NCBI GenBank assembly: GCA_035354195.1
Contig: DAOQAT010000001.1
Location: 12,369 to 76,368, forward strand
Length of the DNA stretch: 64,000 nucleotides
Source of the DNA: Bacteroidales bacterium
GTDB taxonomy: Bacteria; Bacteroidota; Bacteroidia; Bacteroidales; CAIWKO01
Direction of reading: 5' to 3'
Positions within the stretch are counted from its first letter, which is position 1, and each line of letters begins with the position of its first letter. Position numbers and translations under genes: made by a program. Below the pieces are notes generated by a model. That model saw only the letters and a list, made by a program, of their open reading frames with translations, was not told the DNA's origin and searched no databases. Shown here in pieces: positions 37,251 through 44,582 of the stretch.

Positions 37251-39533
37251 ATGAAACACATTTTTACCTTTCTGTTTATCTGCCTGGGTATTGCAACTTA
37301 CACAAAGAGCCAGAATCCTGAACTACAAAACCCAGCGACATCAAACAGCATTCATTCACTTAAGCCAGTTGCAGATACAAAAGATCTTCGAAATTTGAAA
37401 ATAGTGCATGACACCCTGATCGCCGATATGCTATCCCACATCAGCAGCGACAGCATATTAAGCTATATACAGCATCTACAGGGTTATGGATCCCGGTTTT
37501 TGTTTTCACCCGGCCATAAAAATATTTCCCTCTGGTTACAGAATAAACTGATGTCTTTTGGTTATACCAACGTGGTACTGGATTCGTTCCTGGTAACCGA
37601 CGAATGGCCTTTTGGAAGCGGTACTATTGTTACGAACTGGCAGTATAATGTTGTTGCGGAAATGACCGGAACCGTCAATCCCGGGATTTCTTATGTTATC
37701 GGCGGGCATTATGACGCCATTATTTATCCCAATGGTGACCCTTATACAGCCTGTCCCGGAGCGGATGATAATGCGTCCGGGACTGCGGCAACACTCGAAA
37801 TCGCAAGAGTTTTGAAAGAACAGAATTTTTCTTTTCCGGCCACGGTCAGGTTTGTTTTGTTTGATGCGGAGGAGCTTGGTTTGTACGGAAGTTTCCATTA
37901 TGTCGAAGAAATTCTTTCCGGTACGGAAAAGCCTGAAATAATGTTTAATATGGATATGATTGGCAACGAGCCATCTGATAGCGCGTGGAACTTGCAACTG
38001 AATAATTATTTGGGTTTCGAATGGATAGGAGGCCTCGCTTCGCAGGTTGCTGCAGAATATACCTCGCTGAGCACCCTGAGCAGCACCTATAATGAATCCA
38101 TCGGTTCCGACAGCGATCCGTTCTTTCTGGCGGGTTTGCCTGCCATTTTCCTGCAGGAAGATATTTTCAGCCCGTATTATCATCAGTTGTCGGACGTGGA
38201 TACCAATATCAACGAAAAGTATTGCGCCGAAGTCGCCAGGGTTGCATGCGGTATGCTGATGGAATCATCGCTGGCTCCTTTGATGGTTGACTTTGAGATT
38301 TTTAATCCGGGTGAAGGGCAGGCTCTGATTCCAAGATGGTTACCCAGCCCTGAAAATAACATCGCCACGTACCGGGTTTATTTCGGTTCAGCCCCGTTAA
38401 CCTACGATTCGGTCTATACTACCTCAGACACAGCCATGATTTTTGCAGGCCTGGAAGCAGACACGCTGTATTATTTTTCTGTTTCGGCGGTAAACACGGA
38501 AGGTCGTGAAAGTATGAAGTATGAATTGAGCGATGCTCCGGCCCTCACATCTTTTGATCAGGGTATTCTTATTGTGGATGATTCCGAAGGTGGTTATTAT
38601 AATCCTTCGGATTCGACGGTAGATGCCTATTACAGGAATTTGTGCGGCAATTTTCCGGTTACAGAATATGATGCCACACAAAACGGACCGGTGACATTAA
38701 GCCTTCTGGGGAAGTATTCGTCAGTGGTCTGGCACATCAACAAGATCAATATAGTTCCCAAATTACGGAATTCTATTGTTGAACTCAAGCAATATATGCA
38801 GCTCGGTGGCAATGTGCTGTTTACTGTTTTTCAGCCTGCAAGGATGTTCGAATATACCACCGACTTGCAACATACGTGGGGTGAAGGCTCATTCCTTCAT
38901 GATATGCTTAAGATAGATTCGACAAGGTATAAGAGCAGTGCGGCATTCATCGGAAGCCTGCCTCTTGTAACCGGCTATACTATGATGGATGTGGATACCA
39001 CCAAGACATATTCCACCTATAATTATCATTTGCCCTATATTGAAGCGTTATACCCATCGGCAGAAGGTACGGCGGTGTATTCGTTTGATACAGATTACGA
39101 CAGCCTGACCGCCAATGGCAGCATGAAAGGAATGCCGGTAGGAGTGGAGTACCGAGGCGATTATAACACGGTTTTGTTGTCGTTTCCTTTGTATTATATG
39201 GACAGCATTCATGCAAAAGCAGTAATGCAGTACATTCTGACAGATGTCTTTGGGGAACCTGTAGCTATTGAAGAAGAAAACCAGGAATCAGCGCCGGTAA
39301 ACGTATTTCCTAACCCGTCGCAAGGGACTTTTGTAGTCAGGACGAACGGAGATGTTCCACAGCAGCAGGCAATGGTCATTTATGATGTTACCGGCAGGCA
39401 GGTATTTTCTGTCGCAGGGTTGTCGGGGGACGAAAACAGAATCAGTACCTCTGGGCTTCAACACGGAATATATTTTCTGAAGGTGACATGTGGAAACCAG
39501 GCCTTCAATTTTCCGCTGATCATCGTCGAATGA
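37251..39533 (+). CDS. M28-family aminopeptidase with FN3-like module and T9SS C-terminal domain
   Basis: It has GGHYDA, ADDNASGTAATLEIAR and VLFDAEELGLYGS metal ligands, and the tail VFPNPSQGTFVV...GIYFLKV. Confidence 0.85.
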   Translation: MKHIFTFLFICLGIATYTKSQNPELQNPATSNSIHSLKPVADTKDLRNLKIVHDTLIADMLSHISSDSILSYIQHLQGYGSRFLFSPGHKNISLWLQNKLMSFGYTNVVLDSFLVTDEWPFGSGTIVTNWQYNVVAEMTGTVNPGISYVIGGHYDAIIYPNGDPYTACPGADDNASGTAATLEIARVLKEQNFSFPATVRFVLFDAEELGLYGSFHYVEEILSGTEKPEIMFNMDMIGNEPSDSAWNLQLNNYLGFEWIGGLASQVAAEYTSLSTLSSTYNESIGSDSDPFFLAGLPAIFLQEDIFSPYYHQLSDVDTNINEKYCAEVARVACGMLMESSLAPLMVDFEIFNPGEGQALIPRWLPSPENNIATYRVYFGSAPLTYDSVYTTSDTAMIFAGLEADTLYYFSVSAVNTEGRESMKYELSDAPALTSFDQGILIVDDSEGGYYNPSDSTVDAYYRNLCGNFPVTEYDATQNGPVTLSLLGKYSSVVWHINKINIVPKLRNSIVELKQYMQLGGNVLFTVFQPARMFEYTTDLQHTWGEGSFLHDMLKIDSTRYKSSAAFIGSLPLVTGYTMMDVDTTKTYSTYNYHLPYIEALYPSAEGTAVYSFDTDYDSLTANGSMKGMPVGVEYRGDYNTVLLSFPLYYMDSIHAKAVMQYILTDVFGEPVAIEEENQESAPVNVFPNPSQGTFVVRTNGDVPQQQAMVIYDVTGRQVFSVAGLSGDENRISTSGLQHGIYFLKVTCGNQAFNFPLIIVE

Positions 39534-39577
39534 GCCGGTGAAGTACTTTTATTTATTTCTTCGATGAGTTTTACTTA

Positions 39578-40567
39578 TTATTGCTGATTTTTTTCAGGCC
39601 TTAAAAAAACTTTATTCATAAAACGGCCGGACGCATTTTTTGTGAGCTTTACCAGCAGGAAAACCACCAACATGCTGAGCAGCAGCCTTATAATAAAAAT
39701 GCCTGTAAATGTGGCCCCAAGTGAAACCATCAGGATGGTGTCTTCGATAACACTGTGGCATAATCCCATTAACACCATGGCATAAAAAATATCTTTTTTG
39801 GGAATATGGGGGTTGGATTTTACTTCATTGATGATCAGCGCCCCGCCGTAAACCACGCCGAGCGTGAGGCCTACCAGTGCGATGGTACTCACCTCCTTGC
39901 CAATGCCGAGAAACTTAAGGAAGGGATTCAAGGCGCGAGTTATCAGATCAATAACGCCGATTTTCTTCAGTATCCTCAACAACAGCATCAGGCAGAAGAT
40001 GAAGCAAATGATCACCAGATAATTTTTTAGTTCAGCAAGCGCCCATGAAGAAAGCGAATTGTTCGGGATGGCTTCCGGGCGCCAGGCTATCTGTGCAATC
40101 TCAGTATGGAGGCCAAAAATTTTGTAGAACTGAAAAATAAAAACGCCAAACAGAAAAGCAAACAAAAAACGAATTAAAAACATTGCTGCGAGCCGGACGC
40201 CTGTTTTGCGTGCTATGACAAGTTCAATAGGAAAGGTGTGAGCCACGAGCATCATGATGCTTAATGTGGTAACCTGCGCAATGGTAAGGTCCATGCCCCC
40301 GGAAATATTCAGAAAGGCAATAATGCCGCCGAATAAATTGGTGATCATACCTGTTGCCCAGACCAATCCCATTTCTCCGGGCAATCCGGTGTATTGCATG
40401 ACAGGATAAAGTACGTCTCCGATAACCTGGATAAAACCAAGCATCTGGAGGATTTTTACAATAATGGATACCGGTATCATGATGCGGAACAAGATCAGCA
40501 CCGTGCGGAAGACATCCTTAAAAAGAGAAACAAAGAATTCGCGCCACTGGCCTAATTGTCCGGACAT
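39578..40567 (-). CDS. nucleoside-recognition (Gate) domain membrane protein
   Basis: 329 aa, polytopic. The N-terminal region with GLPGEMGLVWATGMITNLFGGI resembles the Gate domain family. Confidence 0.6.
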   Translation of the reverse strand: MSGQLGQWREFFVSLFKDVFRTVLILFRIMIPVSIIVKILQMLGFIQVIGDVLYPVMQYTGLPGEMGLVWATGMITNLFGGIIAFLNISGGMDLTIAQVTTLSIMMLVAHTFPIELVIARKTGVRLAAMFLIRFLFAFLFGVFIFQFYKIFGLHTEIAQIAWRPEAIPNNSLSSWALAELKNYLVIICFIFCLMLLLRILKKIGVIDLITRALNPFLKFLGIGKEVSTIALVGLTLGVVYGGALIINEVKSNPHIPKKDIFYAMVLMGLCHSVIEDTILMVSLGATFTGIFIIRLLLSMLVVFLLVKLTKNASGRFMNKVFLRPEKNQQ

Positions 40568-40623
40568 AATTTATTTTTCAGCAGGAAAATTGATATAAAT
40601 CGTGGCTCTTAACCATGAATCAA

Positions 40624-42171
40624 TTACTTTATCAGCCTGAACATCTTATTCCAGCGTATGCGTTGAAAAAAGCTTTTCGAACTTCTTTCCTTATTCAGGT
40701 TTTGATTATCGACGGTGGGTGATTCGACCGATAACCATACAAATACGGCCCTCCCCACAATATGGTCGATAGGAACAAAACCCCAGAAACGGGAATCGGC
40801 GGAATTATGCCGGTTGTCGCCCATCATCCAGTAATAGTCGAGCTTGAAGGTGTATGAAGTGGCCTCTTTACCGTTTATGTATACCTTGTTGCCTTTGATC
40901 TGGACATCATTATGTTCGTAGATTTCAATGCAACGCTGGTAAAGAGAGATATTGGTTATATTGATTGGTATGGTAGTTCCGGCTTTGGGGATGTATAGCG
41001 GCCCGTAATTGTCTTCGTTCCAGCGGTAGTTAGAGTCGAACGGAAACGTGTAATAAGCCCATTGCCCTTTCGGGTACACGATTTTCTCAACATTTCTTAC
41101 ATAGTTAAGCTTTTTAATGCTTTCGGCAGATTCAGCCGTAAGGGTTATGATAAATTTATCATAGTCAACCTGCGTAACATCTTCTGTAATATCCAGTTTG
41201 TCATAAATGCGCGCTGGAATTAATGAGGAGTCGGTCTGTACCATGTATTTGTATTCTTTTATGCCGATATCTGGCAAAGGGCTACCATTGATAAACACGA
41301 CCTGGTCTTTGATTTCGAGCGTATCGCCCGGAATTCCGATACAACGTTTGATATAATTCTCCCTTTTGTCAACCGGACGGGCAACAATATTTCCAAATCT
41401 GCGCTTATCATTCCATACTTCATGGTGCCCGACCTCCCTGACAATGGAATAATAACTGCGGTTTTGCATGTTAAGGGCAACGGTGTCACCATCAGGATAG
41501 TTGAAAACCACCACATCATTATTCTTGATTTTTGTCAATCCCGGGAACCTGTAATAAGGCAGTTTGATCCATTCGAGGTATGATTTGGTGAATTTGGTCA
41601 TAGGCAAGGTGTGATGAGCGAACGGGAACGACAGTGGTGTCATGGGGAACCTTGGCCCGAAACTAATTTTATCGACAAAAAGGTAATCGCCGATCAACAG
41701 GGATTTTTCCATGGAGGAGGTTGGAATGGTATACGCTTCGATGAAAAATGTGCGGATGATAGTTGCCGCGATCACCGCAAAGACAATGGCTTCAACCCAT
41801 TCGCGCAAGGCGGATTTTTTTATTGGTTTACGCTTGTCGGGATGGATATATTTTTCTTTTGAGAAAAAAGCCAGATAAGGCAGGTATGCGAAAGGAACCA
41901 GGATGCTTAATGTCTGCGCGCCCAATCCGTTTTTGTTATAACATTTCACTATCTCAACAACCATCAGCATAATGGTGAACACGTTGATGAAGGGCACCAG
42001 GATAAAAATGTACCACCATAAAGGTTTTTTTATGATTTTCAGCCAGATGTAAAAGTTAAAGAAAGGGATCAGGACATACCAGCCTTTTTGTCCGGCTTTT
42101 GCAAACAGGCCCCATAAGCCGGCCATGGTGGCTACAAAAAATACTATGGTGAGGATGGCGTAAATGCTCAT
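40624..42171 (-). CDS. lepB: signal peptidase I with an N-terminal multi-TM extension
   Basis: S26 motifs are present: SMEKSLLIGDYLFV (Ser), KRCIGIPGD (Lys) and GDNRHNSADSRFWGFVP. Confidence 0.9.
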   Translation of the reverse strand: MSIYAILTIVFFVATMAGLWGLFAKAGQKGWYVLIPFFNFYIWLKIIKKPLWWYIFILVPFINVFTIMLMVVEIVKCYNKNGLGAQTLSILVPFAYLPYLAFFSKEKYIHPDKRKPIKKSALREWVEAIVFAVIAATIIRTFFIEAYTIPTSSMEKSLLIGDYLFVDKISFGPRFPMTPLSFPFAHHTLPMTKFTKSYLEWIKLPYYRFPGLTKIKNNDVVVFNYPDGDTVALNMQNRSYYSIVREVGHHEVWNDKRRFGNIVARPVDKRENYIKRCIGIPGDTLEIKDQVVFINGSPLPDIGIKEYKYMVQTDSSLIPARIYDKLDITEDVTQVDYDKFIITLTAESAESIKKLNYVRNVEKIVYPKGQWAYYTFPFDSNYRWNEDNYGPLYIPKAGTTIPINITNISLYQRCIEIYEHNDVQIKGNKVYINGKEATSYTFKLDYYWMMGDNRHNSADSRFWGFVPIDHIVGRAVFVWLSVESPTVDNQNLNKERSSKSFFQRIRWNKMFRLIK

Positions 42172-42390
42172 TTGATTTTACGGTTTAAGTTTTTTAATAC
42201 TATTTTTTGAATTATTAAGAGTACCTATATAATAAATTGTTACAAAAATCAGCAAAAAAAACGAAAGAAAGCAATAAAAAGTATAATTCCTTTTGGCTGT
42301 ATATCAATTTGGTTGGCATGGAGGCATTTTATAAACACCGCTCATGTTAATAATTCAAAAGAAAAAAAATTAATAATTGAAAATGTTTTA

Positions 42391-42398
42391 TATTTTTG
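42391..42398 (+). promoter_or_regulatory. candidate -7 box (TATTTTTG) for ORF 42424
   Basis: Exact TAnnTTTG, 26 nt upstream of the ATG at 42424. Confidence 0.4.
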
Positions 42399-42423
42399 CA
42401 CAAAGAAATTTAAAAAAATCACT

Positions 42424-42978
42424 ATGAATTCAAAAGTTTTCACCTCGCGTTTTTGGTTTGTACTTACCGTTATTTTTGCCGGAGCAGCAATGCGACTGGT
42501 CCCACATTGGCCCAACTTTACCCCGATTGCTGCTATTGCATTGTTTGGCGGCGCATACATGAGTAAAAAATATTTGGCTTTTATTATTCCATTAGCTGCT
42601 TTGTTTTTAAGCGATTTATTGCTCGGTTTTCATAACACCATGCCGGCTGTGTATATTAGTTTTGTAATTACTGTTGCCCTGGGTATGTTTATGCTGCGCA
42701 ATCCCAAGGTATTAAATGTCCTTGGCGCCTCAGTGGCTTCAACGGTATTGTTTTTCCTGATCACCAATTTTGCTGCATGGCTGGGAAGTCCTTTTTATCC
42801 TCAGAATTTTGCAGGGCTGATGGAATCTTACGCAGCAGGTTTGGCCTTTATTAATAACGGCACCTACGGTATATCATTCTTTATGAACAGCCTTTTAGGT
42901 GATTTGTTCTATACAGGAATTTTCTTCGGAGCTTTTTACCTGGCCCGTTTGCGTTTTCCTGTTTTGGCAAAGTGTTAA
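42424..42978 (+). CDS. small polytopic membrane protein (DUF6580-like, tentative)
   Basis: I moved the start to MNSKVFTSRFWFVLTVIFAGAAMRLVPHWPNFTPIAAIALFGG, because the track start at 42313 covers the promoter. About 5 TM spans. Confidence 0.6.
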   Translation: MNSKVFTSRFWFVLTVIFAGAAMRLVPHWPNFTPIAAIALFGGAYMSKKYLAFIIPLAALFLSDLLLGFHNTMPAVYISFVITVALGMFMLRNPKVLNVLGASVASTVLFFLITNFAAWLGSPFYPQNFAGLMESYAAGLAFINNGTYGISFFMNSLLGDLFYTGIFFGAFYLARLRFPVLAKC

Positions 42979-43000
42979 TTAACAAATCTCAAAATATTAA

Positions 43001-43027
43001 AATCCGGCTTAGTCCGGATTTTTTTTT
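43001..43027 (+). terminator. rho-independent terminator
   Basis: AATCCGG-cttagt-CCGGATT (7-bp stem) followed by T7, 23 nt after the stop at 42978. Confidence 0.7.
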
Positions 43028-43054
43028 GCCTACCGTTTATTGTATACGCGTTTG

Positions 43055-43152
43055 GCCAAGGTTTCATAAATTAAAAAAAACACTCCGGCGGAGGCTCCTG
43101 CCTCCGCCGGTTTATCATTGCAGGTTCTACCTGCCCGGTTTGCTAAAGAATG
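43055..43152. repeat. hairpin-bearing repeat, copy A (full length)
   Basis: GCCAAGGTTTCATAAATTAAAAAAAACACT, then the hairpin CCGGCGGAGGC-TCCT-GCCTCCGCCGG (43085-43110), then TTTATCATT, then the hairpin GCAGGT-TCT-ACCTGC (43120-43134), then CCGGTTTGC. Confidence 0.75.
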
Positions 43153-43210
43153 CTTCTTCCCTGTAGTAAAAATTGAATATGGCAATTTGTGACATCCAAT
43201 TAATATTTTC

Positions 43211-43218
43211 TATTTTTG
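43211..43218 (+). promoter_or_regulatory. candidate -7 box (TATTTTTG) for the ORF6N gene
   Basis: Exact TAnnTTTG, 18 nt upstream of the ATG at 43236. Confidence 0.45.
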
Positions 43219-43235
43219 TAATTTATACCAAGAAT

Positions 43236-43793
43236 ATGAATGAGAAGGAAAATAAGATCATGTTACCGGAAGAAGTTATAATGAATAAAATTTATGTTAT
43301 CCGGGGCCAAAAAGTAATGATCGACAGAGACCTTGCAGAACTTTATGATGTAAAAACAAGAATCCTAAATCAGGCAGTGAAAAGAAATGAAAAGCGGTTT
43401 CCTGAAGATTTTATGTTTCGACTAACCCAGGAAGAATTAGAAAATTGGAAATCACAAATTGTGATATCCAATAAGGAGAAAATGGGGCTGCGGAAGCCGC
43501 CATTAGCTTTTACAGAACAAGGTGTTGCAATGTTATCAAGTGTTTTAAACAGTGATAGGGCAATAATGGTGAACATCAAGATAATACGCGTATTTACAAA
43601 GATGCGAAAACTACTTCAAACACACGGAGAAATACTCAGGAAACTTGAAGAAATAGAAAGAAAAGATATTGAACAGGATCAAAAGATTATGTTGATTTTT
43701 GAATACTTGAAGCAGTTTGAAGAAGCCAAGCAGCAGCAATTAGAGCAAGAAACCCGGAAAAGAATAGGTTTTAAAACTTCAGGAAAAGAATAA
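43236..43793 (+). CDS. ORF6N (KilA-N-like) DNA-binding domain protein with a C-terminal coiled coil
   Basis: IYVIRGQKVMIDRDLAELYDVKTRILNQAVKRNEKRFPEDFMFRLTQEE is the ORF6N signature. I moved the start to the ATG at 43236, downstream of the -7 box. The track start is TTG at 43173. Confidence 0.8.
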   Translation: MNEKENKIMLPEEVIMNKIYVIRGQKVMIDRDLAELYDVKTRILNQAVKRNEKRFPEDFMFRLTQEELENWKSQIVISNKEKMGLRKPPLAFTEQGVAMLSSVLNSDRAIMVNIKIIRVFTKMRKLLQTHGEILRKLEEIERKDIEQDQKIMLIFEYLKQFEEAKQQQLEQETRKRIGFKTSGKE

Positions 43794-43825
43794 AAATAGG
43801 CTAAACTCAGAACTTATACTGTTCA

Positions 43826-43868
43826 GCCAGGTTGCATAAATTAAAAATAAATGAAGTTCGGTGAAGGC
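43826..43868. repeat. hairpin-bearing repeat, copy C (degenerate left half only)
   Basis: GCCAGGTTGCATAAATTAAAAATAA matches the left end of copy A. The following ttcggtgaaggc matches tccggcggaggc at 9 of 12 positions. Confidence 0.5.
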
Positions 43869-43908
43869 ATGATTTAATTGAATAGAAACCCTAAATATAA
43901 GTATTACT

Positions 43909-44424
43909 ATGAAAAAGGTGTTTATTTTATCTGTTCTGTTTATTCTATGTATAAATTCAAGTGGACAAGTTAAAGTGGATTCTACCAATTCTAATACTTA
44001 TAGTTACCAATATAAAAATTTAAATTTTAGCAACAAGGTAGACTCGGTACTTACAGAAATAGTTAATCACTCCTCACATTGTGATTTTTATTTAAAAAGC
44101 TCCATGGTTTATTTTGTAAGTTGCTTTAAAAAGATTGGATTCTATTATTTTTTTATTAGACCTTACCACATTAACAAACTACCTGAATTAGGGGAGTATA
44201 ATTTTTTTGGTGCTTCAAAAATTAGAAATGAAATTTTCCTTTTCAGAGGAGAAATCGATAGTAGCTTCTACAAAGAAAAATGCAATGTTTTCAAAATTTA
44301 TTCGCCATTGAATACGGATAATAAAATTGAAAATGATATGATTTTGTGTGATGGATGTTTGTGGAAGACCCAGATAATAATCAATAATCAAACAATATTA
44401 ATAGAAGCTGAAATTTGTAAATAA
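43909..44424 (+). CDS. hypothetical Cys-rich lipoprotein/secreted protein, 171 aa
   Basis: The signal peptide is MKKVFILSVLFILC (lipobox-like). There are eight Cys including a CDGC pair. The DNA is very AT-rich (13/60 G+C in 43981-44040). No family recognised. Confidence 0.55.
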   Translation: MKKVFILSVLFILCINSSGQVKVDSTNSNTYSYQYKNLNFSNKVDSVLTEIVNHSSHCDFYLKSSMVYFVSCFKKIGFYYFFIRPYHINKLPELGEYNFFGASKIRNEIFLFRGEIDSSFYKEKCNVFKIYSPLNTDNKIENDMILCDGCLWKTQIIINNQTILIEAEICK

Positions 44425-44450
44425 CCTGTTCGGCTAATGCTATTAAAGTA

Positions 44451-44510
44451 AAAACAAAAACACTCCGCCGGTTTATTATTGCAGGTTCTACCTGCCCGGT
44501 TTTGCAAAAT
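44451..44510. repeat. hairpin-bearing repeat, copy B (right part, lacking the GC hairpin)
   Basis: AAAACAAAAACACT-CCGCCGGTTTATTATTGCAGGTTCTACCTGCCCGGTTTTGC. The 38-nt core 44465-44502 differs from copy A 43104-43141 at one position. A 19-nt stretch of copy A is absent. Confidence 0.75.
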
Positions 44511-44582
44511 GTCAGGTAATTTTACCTCATTACAAACCTGCACGGACATATTAATTTTGTTTGCCGGTTTCATCCTGAAACG

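Noticed and set aside
37536-38183. 215-aa minus-strand ORF
   Set aside because: It is antisense to the M28 peptidase gene, and the metal-ligand motifs support the plus strand.
42972-43166. 64-aa plus-strand ORF
   Set aside because: It reads straight through a rho-independent terminator and the GC hairpin repeat. Its sequence is a translation of structural DNA.
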